Positions 26,553 to 37,523 of a stretch of DNA of 64,000 nucleotides are shown one piece after another. Source of the DNA: Treponemataceae bacterium. Lineage in GTDB: Bacteria > Spirochaetota > Spirochaetia > Treponematales > Treponemataceae. The position numbers were made by a program, and so were the translations under genes. The stretch covers positions 10,678 through 74,677 of the forward strand of contig JAXJWW010000104.1 in the NCBI GenBank assembly GCA_036307825.1, in the 5' to 3' direction. A model generated the notes under the pieces. The model was not told the origin of the DNA. It saw only the letters and a program-made list of their open reading frames with translations, and made no database searches. The number at the start of each line of letters is the position of its first letter. Position 1 is the first letter of the stretch.

Positions 26553-27980
26553 TTAACGACCGTGATTAAAACTTCCCTTAGGATGAGAAACTTTACAGCC
26601 ATGCTTTGCGTGAGGATTTTCCATGAGCTTTTTTATGGCTCTCTCCATATCTTCAAGCAACAATTCCATTAAATCGTAAGTACAACCATGACGAATTAAA
26701 ACTCTCTGAACTACAACTTTTTCGCAATTTGCTGGTAAACTATAAGCAGGAAGTAACCAACCTCGTTCTCGCAAAACATCAGAAAGTTGATATAAATCGA
26801 ATGGGATTTTTTCGTTAGATTCTCCTGAACAATTATCTGCGTGTTTTAATTTCCAAGTTACTGCAGGAATTCCTGTTTTTGGATTACAATCGTAAACCAT
26901 TTCAAAAAGACCCATTTTTTCAATGCCTTGCGCAAAAAATTTTCCAACATCGTAACAACCTTGCTGAACTTTTTTGTAGCCTTCCCGTCCAAGTCTTAAC
27001 AAGTTGTAATATTGGCAAACAATTTGTCCTCCAGGTCGTGAAAAGTTAATTGCAAAAGTTGGCATATTTCCACCAAGATAATTTACATTGAAAATTAAAT
27101 CTTCTGGCAAATCTTTTTTGTTTCCCCAAACAACCCAACCACAACCTAAAGGTGAAAGTCCAAATTTATGTCCTGATGTACTGATTGATTTTACTCGTGG
27201 AATCCTAAAATCCCAAACTAAATCAGGAGCACAGAATGGTGCCAAAAATCCACCACTAGCACCGTCAACATGGATAGAAATATCCCAGCCTTTTTCTTTG
27301 TGCAATTTATCAAGGGCATCTGCGATTTCTTTTACAGGTTCAAACTGACCTGTAAAAGTTATTCCCAAAGTAACTACAACTCCGATTGTATTTTCGTCAC
27401 AGCGCTTAATTACTTCTTCAGCATTTGAAATGTATCGATTACCTTCCATTGGAATTTCACGCAATTCAACATCCCAATAACGAGCAAATTTATGCCAACA
27501 AACTTGTACAGGTCCACAAATCAAATTTGGTTTGTCTGTAGTTTTTCCTTGTGCCTTGCGTGCATTTCGCCATCGCCATTTCATTGCCATTCCACCCAAC
27601 ATACAAGCTTCGGAAGAACCGGTTGTAGAAGTTCCAGTTGCTTCTTCAGGATTTGCGTGCCACATATCAGCGATGATATTTACACAACGAGATTCGATTT
27701 CTGCTGTTTGAGGATATTCATCCTTATCAATCATATTTTTGTCGATACAATCGTCCATCAAACGATGAATTTCATCATCAACAAAAGTTTGACAAAAAGT
27801 TGCTAAGTTTTGTCTAGAATTTCCATCCAACATAAGTTCATCTTTTATAAGCTGATACATTGTTTTTGGATCAGATTCTTTTTCTGGCATTTTAGTTTTG
27901 CTTAAGGGCTTTGTTGCCCCAGTTTTATCAAAAATATCATCATTATTTGATGATTTCATAGTATGTAAAGCCATATTCAT
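26553..27980 (-). CDS. gadB: glutamate decarboxylase (PLP-dependent)
   Basis: 475 aa. PLP-Lys context [20 protein letters not shown]-terminal region typical of Gad enzymes. Confidence 0.85.
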   Translation of the reverse strand: MNMALHTMKSSNNDDIFDKTGATKPLSKTKMPEKESDPKTMYQLIKDELMLDGNSRQNLATFCQTFVDDEIHRLMDDCIDKNMIDKDEYPQTAEIESRCVNIIADMWHANPEEATGTSTTGSSEACMLGGMAMKWRWRNARKAQGKTTDKPNLICGPVQVCWHKFARYWDVELREIPMEGNRYISNAEEVIKRCDENTIGVVVTLGITFTGQFEPVKEIADALDKLHKEKGWDISIHVDGASGGFLAPFCAPDLVWDFRIPRVKSISTSGHKFGLSPLGCGWVVWGNKKDLPEDLIFNVNYLGGNMPTFAINFSRPGGQIVCQYYNLLRLGREGYKKVQQGCYDVGKFFAQGIEKMGLFEMVYDCNPKTGIPAVTWKLKHADNCSGESNEKIPFDLYQLSDVLRERGWLLPAYSLPANCEKVVVQRVLIRHGCTYDLMELLLEDMERAIKKLMENPHAKHGCKVSHPKGSFNHGR

Positions 27981-28100
27981 TCCTTACTAAATTTAGATTA
28001 AACGATACAAAGGCGCCTTTTGATACCGCTTAGTTTAAATGTAGGTTATGGCAAAGGGAATTTCAAATTTTTTTTAACAATTAATATATATACAAATATA

Positions 28101-28129
28101 TTGACTTTTTATAAAGGAATATATATCAT
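28101..28129 (+). promoter_or_regulatory. sigma70-like promoter, candidate leaderless start of the methyltransferase
   Basis: TTGACT-17-TATCAT. 6-nt gap to ATG 28136. No SD. Confidence 0.5.
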
Positions 28130-28135
28130 TTCGAT

Positions 28136-29563
28136 ATGGAAACAAATAAGCAGTACCTCTCAGTAGAAGATTTATCCAATATTCTAAAATGTACACCTCA
28201 ATATGTTAGAAAACTCATACGTGATAACAAAATAGAAGCTGAACAAGTTGGTAAAACTTGGGTTATTAATTCTGCAATATTGAATAACAAAGAACTATTA
28301 TTTAAATTTTCTAAAGATGTTCCCAACCAAATCTGTAAAATGAAAAATAGAGATAAATATATTGCCCTTAGTTTTTTTACAGGAGCTATGGGATTAGATT
28401 ATGGAATAGAAAAAGAGGGGATTTGTCCAATTTTAGCATCAGAAATCGATCCAAATGCAAGAAAAACTATTCTATTAAATAGACCTGATATAGGTTTAAT
28501 CGGAGATATAAATAATTATTCTGCTTCTGAAATTCGAAAATATGCAAATATATCAGAAAATCAAGAAATAGACTTAATTATTGGTGGACCACCATGTCAA
28601 GCTTTTAGTACGGCTGGACAAAGAAAAGGATTTCAAGATAAAAGAGGTAATGTTTTTCTAACTTTTATAGACAGAATTCTTGAAATGCGTCCAAAATACG
28701 CTGTAATTGAAAATGTTAGAGGAATTTTATCGGCTCCATTTGAATCAGAAGAAATTCAAAAACATTTTGGATTCGCCCCAAAAACACCAGATGAAAAAAA
28801 AGGAGGAGCTTTATTGTATATATTAAATAAATTAGAGGAAGGTGGATATACCGTTACTTTTAATTTATACAATTCAGCAAATTATGGTGCTCCCCAAAAG
28901 CGAGAACGTGTAGTTTTTTTTTGTTCCCGAAATGGAGAAAAAATTCCTTACATGTCTCCTACTCATGATGAATTTGGAAATTATAATTTGCCAAAGTGGA
29001 AAACAGTTCGTCAAGTTCTAAAAGATTTAAAAGAAGAAGAGCAAATATCTATGAAATTTCCAGAACGTAGATTGAAATATTTTAAAATGTTAAAAGCTGG
29101 ACAATACTGGAAACATTTACCTAAAGAAGTTCAATATGAAGCAATGGGGGAAAAACTTAATTTAGGAGGAGGGAAAACAGGTTTTTTTCGTCGTATAGAT
29201 TGGGATACCCCTGCTCCAACATTAGTTACAGACCCGACAATGCCAGCTACAGATTTATGCCATCCAGAAAAAGATAGACCCCTAAGTATTCAAGAATATG
29301 CAAGAATACAAGAATTTCCTGATGATTGGAAATTTTTCGGAGAAATGAAAGATATTTACAAACAAATTGGAAATGCAGTTCCTATAAGTTTAGGAATTGC
29401 CATAGGAAAACAAATAAAAAAACTTCTTAACAACGAAAAAATTGAATTAGCCCCTATAAATTTTCCATTTTCAAGATATACTTATACTGATGACGAGTCA
29501 ATTAGAAAAATGATTAAAAAAAGGTTAAAAAAAGTAAATCAACAACTTGAATTATTTGAATAA
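28136..29563 (+). CDS. DNA (cytosine-5)-methyltransferase with N-terminal HTH domain
   Basis: Motif I FFTGAMGLDYG, IV GGPPCQAFS, VI ENVRGIL, VIII QKRERV, X GNAVP. First about 70 aa are an excisionase/MerR-like HTH (LSVEDLSNILKCTPQYVRKLI). Confidence 0.9.
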   Translation: METNKQYLSVEDLSNILKCTPQYVRKLIRDNKIEAEQVGKTWVINSAILNNKELLFKFSKDVPNQICKMKNRDKYIALSFFTGAMGLDYGIEKEGICPILASEIDPNARKTILLNRPDIGLIGDINNYSASEIRKYANISENQEIDLIIGGPPCQAFSTAGQRKGFQDKRGNVFLTFIDRILEMRPKYAVIENVRGILSAPFESEEIQKHFGFAPKTPDEKKGGALLYILNKLEEGGYTVTFNLYNSANYGAPQKRERVVFFCSRNGEKIPYMSPTHDEFGNYNLPKWKTVRQVLKDLKEEEQISMKFPERRLKYFKMLKAGQYWKHLPKEVQYEAMGEKLNLGGGKTGFFRRIDWDTPAPTLVTDPTMPATDLCHPEKDRPLSIQEYARIQEFPDDWKFFGEMKDIYKQIGNAVPISLGIAIGKQIKKLLNNEKIELAPINFPFSRYTYTDDESIRKMIKKRLKKVNQQLELFE

Positions 29564-29570
29564 AATTGGA

Positions 29571-30329
29571 TTATTTCAATTTTTCAATTTTACTTTTAGT
29601 TTCTTTACCAATAGTTGATGCAATATCTAATAACTCCTCATAGCAACCATCACCACCTATTGTATCCCACATTTCTTTACCAATTAGAACAACAGGATCT
29701 TGATGAAAATCGAAAATACCCATAGGAGGCTTAAAGGCATAAGATGTTTTATCTTCTCCGAAAGGATTATATGGTAACCCAAAGTAAGCATTACATGTTG
29801 GATTTGAAATGGATAAATGAAGGCAATCTTCCTTTGCCACCATCGTTTGATCTATATTAGGTTTTACAGTTTTTAAACTAATATAATTATCAATTCCTTC
29901 TTTATCTTTCCACCACAAATCTGATATAACACGAATAGTTTTTATTTCCCCTGAAACTTGCGTAGTTCTTAATTTATGTAAAATTTTATCACAAGATTTT
30001 ACTTTTTCTGTATTTTCTCTCAAACCTTGAATATGATTTCTGATTACATTTTCATATTCCTCATCAATATCAATTACTGTAACTTTCTGACGTTCAGCTT
30101 TAGTTGCACCGTTGGATAACGCAACTATTTTTGCAATTTCCTCAATTACCCTTTGTCCAAAAGATGTGCTAAAGGAACGTTCAAATCTACTCCAAAAAAT
30201 TACATCATCTGATAATAATGCAGAATGAAAAGGGCGATAAGTTAATTCACCTGAAGAAATTCTCTGAATAGTTCCTTCTACACAGTTTCTAAATTCATTT
30301 GCAATTAAATCTCTATATTTTAAATTCAT
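29571..30329 (-). CDS. putative type II restriction endonuclease (partner of the m5C MTase)
   Basis: 252-aa ORF convergent with the MTase, 7 nt between stops. GGAGG SD. Lower-GC block. No motif I can name. Size is compatible with TdeIII-type enzymes (unverified). Confidence 0.5.
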   Translation of the reverse strand: MNLKYRDLIANEFRNCVEGTIQRISSGELTYRPFHSALLSDDVIFWSRFERSFSTSFGQRVIEEIAKIVALSNGATKAERQKVTVIDIDEEYENVIRNHIQGLRENTEKVKSCDKILHKLRTTQVSGEIKTIRVISDLWWKDKEGIDNYISLKTVKPNIDQTMVAKEDCLHLSISNPTCNAYFGLPYNPFGEDKTSYAFKPPMGIFDFHQDPVVLIGKEMWDTIGGDGCYEELLDIASTIGKETKSKIEKLK

Positions 30330-30472
30330 TTTAATCCTCCAAATTAATTTTCGGATTACAAATACAAATTTATATCTAAATTTTCTTGTTTATTTATTAT
30401 TTTTTGCGTTATAATTTATTAAAACTCACATCAAGATAAAATCAAATTACTATGGGGGATTTTATTTAACTT

Positions 30473-32266
30473 ATGAAAACTATACCTTTACGAAAAGATG
30501 TTAATACACAAGACAAGTGGGATTTAACTTCACTTTATAAAACAGAAAATGATTGGGAAGTTGACCTTAAAAAAATTACAGAATATGCAGACAAAATTGC
30601 TGGATTTCAAGGACAAATAAAAGATTCTGCTGACAAAATGCTAGAAGTTCTCAAACTAAATGAAGAAATGGAAAAAATTGCAGAATCTGTTGGGTCTTAT
30701 GCTTTTTTATTAACCGCAACTGATGCTGGAGATTCTTCCTATCAAGATAAGCAGGGACGATATATGATGAGCGCAACAGAAGCTCAAGCAAAAACTTGCT
30801 TTGTTATTACTGAAATTCAAGAAATTCCAGAAGATGAACTTTCTTCTAGAATGGCTCGTCCAGATTATGCAAACTACAAAATCTTTTTAGAAAAATTACT
30901 TCATCAAAAGCCATATATTCTTTCAGAAAAAGAAGAACGACTTTTTGCTCTTCAAGCAGAATCTAGTGGAACTGCAAAAAAAGCTTTTTCAATGCTTACA
31001 AATGTAGATATGGATTTTGGAACTGTAAAAACTCCAGAAGGTGAGCAACCTTTAACACAAACTACTTATTCAATTTTTATGGAAAATCCTGATAGAAATA
31101 TCAGAAAAGAAGCCTACACTAAATTCTACAAAACTTTTGATAATCACAAAAATACAATTGCAACTTTGTACGCAGGGAATGTTCAACAAGATGTTTATCA
31201 CGCACGAGCTAGAGGATATAATTCTTCTTTACAAATGGCTTTATATCAAGACAATGTTCCAGAGGAAGTTTACAGAAATTTAATTTCAACTGTAAGAGCA
31301 AACTTAGAACCTTTACACAAATATTATTCTTTGCGTAAAAAAATCTTAAAATTAGACGAACTTCGCCACTACGATGTTTACACTCCTTTAGTTTCTGAAA
31401 TAAAATGCACAACTCCTTATAACGACGCTGTAGAAATGTTACGAAACGCACTTTCACCTTTAGGAAAAGATTACACAGATGTTTTGTGCAACGGATTATT
31501 AAACGGTTGGGTTGATCGATACGAAAACAAAGGTAAACGAAGTGGTGCTTTTTCAGCAGGAGCTTACACAGGTTATCCTTACATTCTTTTGAATTACAAA
31601 GAAGATGTTTTGCGTGATGTTTTCACAATGGCTCACGAAGGCGGACACTCAATGCATTCATATTTTTCTGCAAAATCAAATCCATTTATGTGTTACGATT
31701 ACACAATTTTTGAAGCAGAAGTTGCATCAACTTTTAACGAAGAATTACTTTTCAATTATTTGTTAAAAAATACAACTGACCAAAAAATGAAAGCTTATCT
31801 TCTTTGCACTAGAGCTTCTGATATTTTGGCAACTTTACACAGACAAACAATGTTTGCAGAATTTGAACTTAAAGCCCACGAACTTGTTGAATCAGGAACT
31901 CCACTTTCTGTAGAAGTTTTACGAGAAGAATATCGTAAACTCTTAGAAGCTTATTTTGGACCAGAAATGATTTTTGAAAATGAAAGTGATTTAGAAGGAT
32001 TACGAATTCCTCATTTTTACAATTCTTTCTATGTTTACAAATATTCTACAGGAATTTCTGCTTCACTTGCACTTGCAGACAGAGTTTTAAACGGCGGAAA
32101 ATCTGAACTTGAAGATTATTATAAATTCCTAAAATCTGGTGGTTCAAGATATCCTATTGATTCATTAAAACTTGCTGGAGTTGATATGTCAAAACCAGAA
32201 CCAATCCAGGCGGCATTAAATAAATTTGCAGATTTAATCAGACAAATTGAATTATTGGATTTGTAA
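30473..32266 (+). CDS. pepF: oligoendopeptidase F (M3B)
   Basis: 597 aa. HEGGHSMH zinc motif. Confidence 0.85.
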   Translation: MKTIPLRKDVNTQDKWDLTSLYKTENDWEVDLKKITEYADKIAGFQGQIKDSADKMLEVLKLNEEMEKIAESVGSYAFLLTATDAGDSSYQDKQGRYMMSATEAQAKTCFVITEIQEIPEDELSSRMARPDYANYKIFLEKLLHQKPYILSEKEERLFALQAESSGTAKKAFSMLTNVDMDFGTVKTPEGEQPLTQTTYSIFMENPDRNIRKEAYTKFYKTFDNHKNTIATLYAGNVQQDVYHARARGYNSSLQMALYQDNVPEEVYRNLISTVRANLEPLHKYYSLRKKILKLDELRHYDVYTPLVSEIKCTTPYNDAVEMLRNALSPLGKDYTDVLCNGLLNGWVDRYENKGKRSGAFSAGAYTGYPYILLNYKEDVLRDVFTMAHEGGHSMHSYFSAKSNPFMCYDYTIFEAEVASTFNEELLFNYLLKNTTDQKMKAYLLCTRASDILATLHRQTMFAEFELKAHELVESGTPLSVEVLREEYRKLLEAYFGPEMIFENESDLEGLRIPHFYNSFYVYKYSTGISASLALADRVLNGGKSELEDYYKFLKSGGSRYPIDSLKLAGVDMSKPEPIQAALNKFADLIRQIELLDL

Positions 32267-32348
32267 AATTTTGATTAAAGATTTAGTTGTTTTCTACCGA
32301 TAATAGAGGCAGTAAACTATAAATTTAAGAAACTTACGAGGTAGAATA

Positions 32349-33266
32349 ATGGCCAATGTGTCAGATTTTTTAACACTTGAAAAGGTTGATGCGCATAATC
32401 ACTTAAATTTGGGAATGCGTTACGCTTCTTATGTTCCTTGGGCTGGATTTTACATTCCAAACTTTCCAAGAAAAATGAATGGTCTTGGAGAGATGCACGA
32501 AGTTATCGCTCAATACACACGCAATAGAAGTGCAACTGCAAAAGATGTTCAAGATTTGATTACACTTTCTGTAAAAGATGCAATCGCTGATGGAGTTACA
32601 GTCCTAGAAGGAAGTTGCGATATCAGTTTTGTGCATCATTGTAACGATAGCGTAGATGAATATGTTGAACTAATACATGGAATTGTTAAAAAATTTGAAG
32701 GTCAAATTGAACTTCGCCCAGAACTTGGTATGGGAAAACTTTTCGACAAAACAAAAATTGACGCTTGGGTTCCGCCACTTCTCGAAAGTGGAATTTTCAA
32801 AAGCATCGATTTGTACGGACCAGAAGTTGAAGACGGAATTGACCAGTTTAAATACATTTACGATATGGCAGGAAAACTTGGCATTAAGAAAAAAGCTCAT
32901 GTAGGTGAATTTTCTGATGCAAAATCTGTTCGTAGTTTCATAGAGTTTTTTGAACTTGATGAAGTTCAACATGGAATTGGTGCTGCTAACGATGATTCTG
33001 TTCTTCAATTTATTAAAGACAGAAATATTAGATGCAATGTAACACCTGCAAGTAATGTTATGCTTTCCGCAGTAAAATCTCTGGAAGAACATCCTATAAA
33101 AAAACTTGTAGAATTTGGCATTCCTGTTACAATTTGTACTGATGATTTACTTTTCTTTAATCGTTCAGTAAGTGAACAATGTGCTGACTTAGTAAATGCT
33201 AATGTTTTAACAGAAGAACAAGTAAAATCTATCCTAAAACAAGGTGTTGAAAGTTATAAAAAATAA
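32349..33266 (+). CDS. adenosine deaminase family protein
   Basis: DAHNHL metal site, HVGE and CTDD motifs. 305 aa. Confidence 0.7.
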   Translation: MANVSDFLTLEKVDAHNHLNLGMRYASYVPWAGFYIPNFPRKMNGLGEMHEVIAQYTRNRSATAKDVQDLITLSVKDAIADGVTVLEGSCDISFVHHCNDSVDEYVELIHGIVKKFEGQIELRPELGMGKLFDKTKIDAWVPPLLESGIFKSIDLYGPEVEDGIDQFKYIYDMAGKLGIKKKAHVGEFSDAKSVRSFIEFFELDEVQHGIGAANDDSVLQFIKDRNIRCNVTPASNVMLSAVKSLEEHPIKKLVEFGIPVTICTDDLLFFNRSVSEQCADLVNANVLTEEQVKSILKQGVESYKK

Positions 33267-33305
33267 AAAGGTGAGTTTCTTTTTAGCACTATAAATTACA
33301 TAAAA

Positions 33306-33350
33306 AAATCCTTGCAAAATCAAGTTGAAATTTGCAAGGATTTTTCTTTT
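33306..33350. terminator. bidirectional rho-independent terminator
   Basis: AAATCCTTGCAAA / TTTGCAAGGATTT 13-bp stem, T-run on plus, A-run upstream. Confidence 0.8.
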
Positions 33351-33356
33351 TAAACT

Positions 33357-35135
33357 TTATCGTAAGTAAACCATCAAAAGCATAATATCTGAAGAACGAA
33401 TCCCAGAAATACGGTTTGCTTGACCTAAAGTTACAGGCCTAATTTTTTCTAGTTTTTGTCTTGATTCAGCAGAAAGCCCCGGAATTTTTGAATAATCAAA
33501 ATTTTCTGGAATGTGGCAATTTTCCATTTTTTGCAATTTTGCAACTCGTCTTTCTTGCTTTTCAATGTAATGAGAATATTTATAGTCAATTTGTGCTGAT
33601 TCTAAAATTGAACTTTCGTACAAAGATTCATCAAATTTCTTTCCTTTTTGTAAAAATTCTAAAATCTCTGCTTTCTTTGCAATTTTATCCTGAACTTTTT
33701 GATACTGTGCATCAGATTTTAGTCCAATCTTCCAAGCTTTTTCTGTTAAGCGCTCATCGGCAGTATCGTGGCGTAATTGTAATCGATGTTCAGCACGAGC
33801 AGTAAACATTCTATAAGGTTCTTTTGTTCCCAAAGTTACCAAATCATCAATTAAAACACCGATATAAGCTTCGTTTCTTGCAAGAATCATTGGTTCGTAT
33901 TCGGTGCCTGATTTTTCAGCCTTAACCAAAAGACTTGCGTTGATTCCAGCCATCAAACCTTGAGCCGCTGCTTCTTCGTAACCTGAAGTTCCGTTGATTT
34001 GTCCTGCGTTAAAAAGCCCACTAACTAATTTTGTTTCCAAAGATGGATAAAGTTGAGTTGGTTCAATGTAATCGTATTCAACTGCATAGCCCGGACGAGA
34101 AACAACAGCATTTTCAAAACCAGGCAAAGTGCGTAAAAATCTATCTTGTACTTCTTCAGGAAGAGAAGAAGAAAATCCGTTCAAATACATTTCTTCAGTT
34201 GCAAGACCTTCTGGTTCTAAAAATAATTGATGTCGTTCCCGTTCTGCAAAACGCATAACCTTATCTTCGATAGAAGGACAATATCGAGGCCCTACTCCAC
34301 TAATTTTTCCGCTGTACAAAGGAGAACGACCAATATTTTCGCGAATAATTTGATGAGTTTTTTCGTTTGTATAAACAAGATGACAACTTACCATTGGGCG
34401 CTCAATTTTCTCTGTATCAAAAGAAAATGGAACAACAACAACATCACCAAACTGTTCTTCAAGTTGAGAAAAATCGATAGAAGAGCGCAAAATTCTTGGT
34501 GGAGTTCCTGTTTTTAGTCGACCAATTTTAAAACCGATTTTTTCTAAAGATTCAGTTAAACCAAAAGCGCCGATTTCCCCAATTCTTCCGTGAGGTGCAT
34601 CGTATTCTCCGATAAAAATTTTTCCACCTAAGAAAGTTCCTGTAGTAAGAATTGCAGCTTTTACAGGAATTTTTCTTCCTCGTTCTGTGATAAGAGCAGT
34701 TAATTTTTTTCGACTAGAATTATCTTCATTTGTGATTTCTTCAACTTCGATACCAACAACTGTATCTTGCAAGGTATCAAGGTTTTCTTGTTTTTCAATA
34801 GTTTGACGAGCAAGTTCTGCATAGGCAAGTTTATCAGCCTGTGAACGAGGTGCTTGAACAGCAGGTCCACGACTTTTATTCAACATTCTAAATTGAATCA
34901 TTGTTTTATCAATGATATGAGCCATTTCGCCACCCAGAGCGTCAATTTCTCTAACGATATTTCCTTTTGCAATTCCTCCGATAGAAGGATTACAAGACAT
35001 TCGTCCAATTGAGTCGATTGTTTGTGTAATTAAAAGAGTTTTTAAACCTAAACGAGCTGCTGCAAGAGAAGCTTCAATACCAGCGTGTCCGCCACCAACT
35101 ACAGCAATATCAAATGAATCATAAAATCCAGCCAT
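33357..35135 (-). CDS. mnmG: tRNA uridine 5-carboxymethylaminomethyl modification enzyme MnmG
   Basis: FAD site [14 protein letters not shown] and conserved MnmG blocks throughout. Start moved to MAGFYDSFD (ATG 35135). Confidence 0.9.
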   Translation of the reverse strand: MAGFYDSFDIAVVGGGHAGIEASLAAARLGLKTLLITQTIDSIGRMSCNPSIGGIAKGNIVREIDALGGEMAHIIDKTMIQFRMLNKSRGPAVQAPRSQADKLAYAELARQTIEKQENLDTLQDTVVGIEVEEITNEDNSSRKKLTALITERGRKIPVKAAILTTGTFLGGKIFIGEYDAPHGRIGEIGAFGLTESLEKIGFKIGRLKTGTPPRILRSSIDFSQLEEQFGDVVVVPFSFDTEKIERPMVSCHLVYTNEKTHQIIRENIGRSPLYSGKISGVGPRYCPSIEDKVMRFAERERHQLFLEPEGLATEEMYLNGFSSSLPEEVQDRFLRTLPGFENAVVSRPGYAVEYDYIEPTQLYPSLETKLVSGLFNAGQINGTSGYEEAAAQGLMAGINASLLVKAEKSGTEYEPMILARNEAYIGVLIDDLVTLGTKEPYRMFTARAEHRLQLRHDTADERLTEKAWKIGLKSDAQYQKVQDKIAKKAEILEFLQKGKKFDESLYESSILESAQIDYKYSHYIEKQERRVAKLQKMENCHIPENFDYSKIPGLSAESRQKLEKIRPVTLGQANRISGIRSSDIMLLMVYLR

Positions 35136-35142
35136 AAAATTG

Positions 35143-35171
35143 AGTATACTAAGACTGACGGATAAATGCAA
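35143..35171 (-). promoter_or_regulatory. sigma70-like promoter, candidate leaderless start of mnmG
   Basis: TTGCAT-17-TATACT on the minus strand. 7-nt gap to ATG 35135. Confidence 0.5.
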
Positions 35172-35174
35172 TAA

Positions 35175-36524
35175 TTAGTGATAATTTTGTAAATTATTTA
35201 AATCTTCAAATTCAGGATGCTCAAAAGTAATATAACTTGAAGAATTTTTATCGATTATTGAAGTAATATCATTTATAGAATCAAATCCAACTTTAGCATT
35301 ATCCAAAGTTTGTTGAATACTGTTCAAATTGTTTTTTGTATCGTTTGCGTCAGATTCAATTTTGTTATTACTATTTCGGATTTCTTCCATATGAGTTGAA
35401 ATTTGAGCTGCATTTTGAAAAATATCTTGAGAACTCATACTTATAACATCAGAAATGTCCCTAACAAGCTGTATGTTTTGTAATAATCCATTACTTTTTT
35501 GGCTTGTTAAATTCAAGGCTTTGGTAATTTCTTCTACACCAACACAAACACTATTGATATTTTGGTCAATTTGATTAAAAGCATCACTTGTAATATCACT
35601 TGCTTGACTTGCATTTTGAATAAGTTCAATAATTCCTTTTACAAAAGAACCAATTTCTCTTGAACTTGTAGCAGAATCTTCGGCAAGTTTTCTAACTTCA
35701 TCGGCAACAACTGCAAAACCTTTTCCCACATCCCCTGCATGAGCGGCTTCAATTTCCGCATTCATAGCGAGAATACTTGTTTGTTCAGAAATTTTTCCAA
35801 TTACATGAACCATTTCTTCGATTTTGTTTGCTTGTCGTTCAATTTCTTCAATTTGCGCAGATGAACTTTCCACTGCTTCTTTACCGGAATTTGACAAAGA
35901 AAGCAAAAGTTCTGCGCTGTTATTTGTTTGAGCTGAAAGTTTATCTAACTGGTCAATGGCAGCTGTCATTTCGTGCAAAGCATCGGATGAATTTTCTATC
36001 ATCATAACTTGTGTTGAAATTTGAGAGTCAAGCATTTCGATATCACCACTAATTCCAACAGAAAGCATATTTGTTTTAGTAATTGAATTATTTATCCCGT
36101 TAAGATTTTCAATAATAACATCAGAAGTTTTTTGAGTTGATTCTATTAAATCTCTGGCATCGCTTATTTCAGAAAGAGAATTTCTAGAAATATCACTAAA
36201 TTCTTTAGAAGCATATTTTTGATACGAAACAACATTTTCAAAACTGTTTACTGTTGTTTGAAAAGCTTGTCTAGTTGCAGAATATCCGTCAGATTCTAAA
36301 ATATTAGTTGTTAAATCACCAGAAAGAATTTGATTTTCAGTTGGAGTTACAATTTTTACAGAAAGAATTTTTTTTATGTAAGAAACTAAAAGAATTATAG
36401 CAACGGCAAATGTAGAAATCCAAGACAAGAAAAATAATTTAAATGCAGAAAAAACAATTCCACCAACGAGAAATAAAATACTGAATATAATCGTTAAAAG
36501 ATTCTTTTTTTCCATAAAGGTCAA
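35175..36524 (-). CDS. methyl-accepting chemotaxis protein
   Basis: Highly conserved signalling hairpin [33 protein letters not shown]-terminal TM. Confidence 0.9.
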   Translation of the reverse strand: MTFMEKKNLLTIIFSILFLVGGIVFSAFKLFFLSWISTFAVAIILLVSYIKKILSVKIVTPTENQILSGDLTTNILESDGYSATRQAFQTTVNSFENVVSYQKYASKEFSDISRNSLSEISDARDLIESTQKTSDVIIENLNGINNSITKTNMLSVGISGDIEMLDSQISTQVMMIENSSDALHEMTAAIDQLDKLSAQTNNSAELLLSLSNSGKEAVESSSAQIEEIERQANKIEEMVHVIGKISEQTSILAMNAEIEAAHAGDVGKGFAVVADEVRKLAEDSATSSREIGSFVKGIIELIQNASQASDITSDAFNQIDQNINSVCVGVEEITKALNLTSQKSNGLLQNIQLVRDISDVISMSSQDIFQNAAQISTHMEEIRNSNNKIESDANDTKNNLNSIQQTLDNAKVGFDSINDITSIIDKNSSSYITFEHPEFEDLNNLQNYH

Positions 36525-36640
36525 GGTTCTCCTAAAAAAAGGCGTTCACACCTTTTTCTATTATCGGAAATTTCTCCATTATCTATTAACATTATATATC
36601 AATATTAAAAAAAATCGTACAAAAAAATTTGATTTTAAAA

Positions 36641-37507
36641 CTATTTTCCTAAATCAACGGATTTATTGTAGGCACTTTCTACAGCAGAAATTACAGCACT
36701 TCTAAAACCTTTTTCTTCTAAAGATTTTACAGCTTGAATTGTTGTTCCACCAGGAGAGCAAACAGCATCCTTTAATTTTGCAGGATGTTCTGAAGTTTCT
36801 AAAACCATTTGTGCAGCTCCTTTCAAAGTTTGGGCAGCATAAATATAGGCTTGATTTCGTGGCATTCCCAAAAGAACTGCGGCATCTGCTAAGGCTTCGA
36901 TAAACATAAATCCATAAGCAGGACCAGAACCACTTACAGCAGTAACCACATCCATCAATTTTTCAGAAACTTGTTCAACTTTTCCAGCACAAGAAAGAAT
37001 TTCTTTTACAAATTCTACATCTTGTTTAAATTCGGCACAAATATTTTCTTTTGTACAAAGAGCAATCATTCCTTCGTTTACAGTTGCAGGAAGATTTGGC
37101 ATAAGACGAACGATATTTTGTAATCCACCAGTAATTCCTGCTTGAATAGACATTTGTTCAATTTTTTCAATGCTTAATCCTGCCATAATTGAAATCATTA
37201 CAGGAAGATTTTTTTGTTCAGATTTTGCTATGTTATTGTAAGAATCTTTTATTTGTTCTAAAACTGAAGAAAAAAACGCAGGTTTTACAGCCAAAATAAT
37301 ATGGCTACAATTTTCGATAATTTGAGCATTTGATGTTACAAAGTTTGCACCAAGTTCCAAAGCAAGAGATTTTGCTTTTTCTACATCGCCGTCAGAAAGC
37401 AAAATTTTTTCGCCACCAACTTTTTTAGCGATTGCTTTAATTAAAGCACCACCCATCATACCACAACCGATACAACCGATTTTTATTTCTTTGCTCATTT
37501 TTTTCAA
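36641..37507 (-). CDS. proC: pyrroline-5-carboxylate reductase
   Basis: IGCIGCGMMGGA Rossmann site and C-terminal SPGGTT motif. Confidence 0.85.
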   Translation of the reverse strand: MKKMSKEIKIGCIGCGMMGGALIKAIAKKVGGEKILLSDGDVEKAKSLALELGANFVTSNAQIIENCSHIILAVKPAFFSSVLEQIKDSYNNIAKSEQKNLPVMISIMAGLSIEKIEQMSIQAGITGGLQNIVRLMPNLPATVNEGMIALCTKENICAEFKQDVEFVKEILSCAGKVEQVSEKLMDVVTAVSGSGPAYGFMFIEALADAAVLLGMPRNQAYIYAAQTLKGAAQMVLETSEHPAKLKDAVCSPGGTTIQAVKSLEEKGFRSAVISAVESAYNKSVDLGK

Positions 37508-37523
37508 CCTTATAAAATTAAAT

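Noticed and set aside
28009-28020. Perfect 12-nt palindrome AAAGGCGCCTTT 29 nt upstream of the gadB start, considered as an operator
   Set aside because: It is a single short dyad with no second copy and no adjacent regulator gene, which is insufficient to call a regulatory site.
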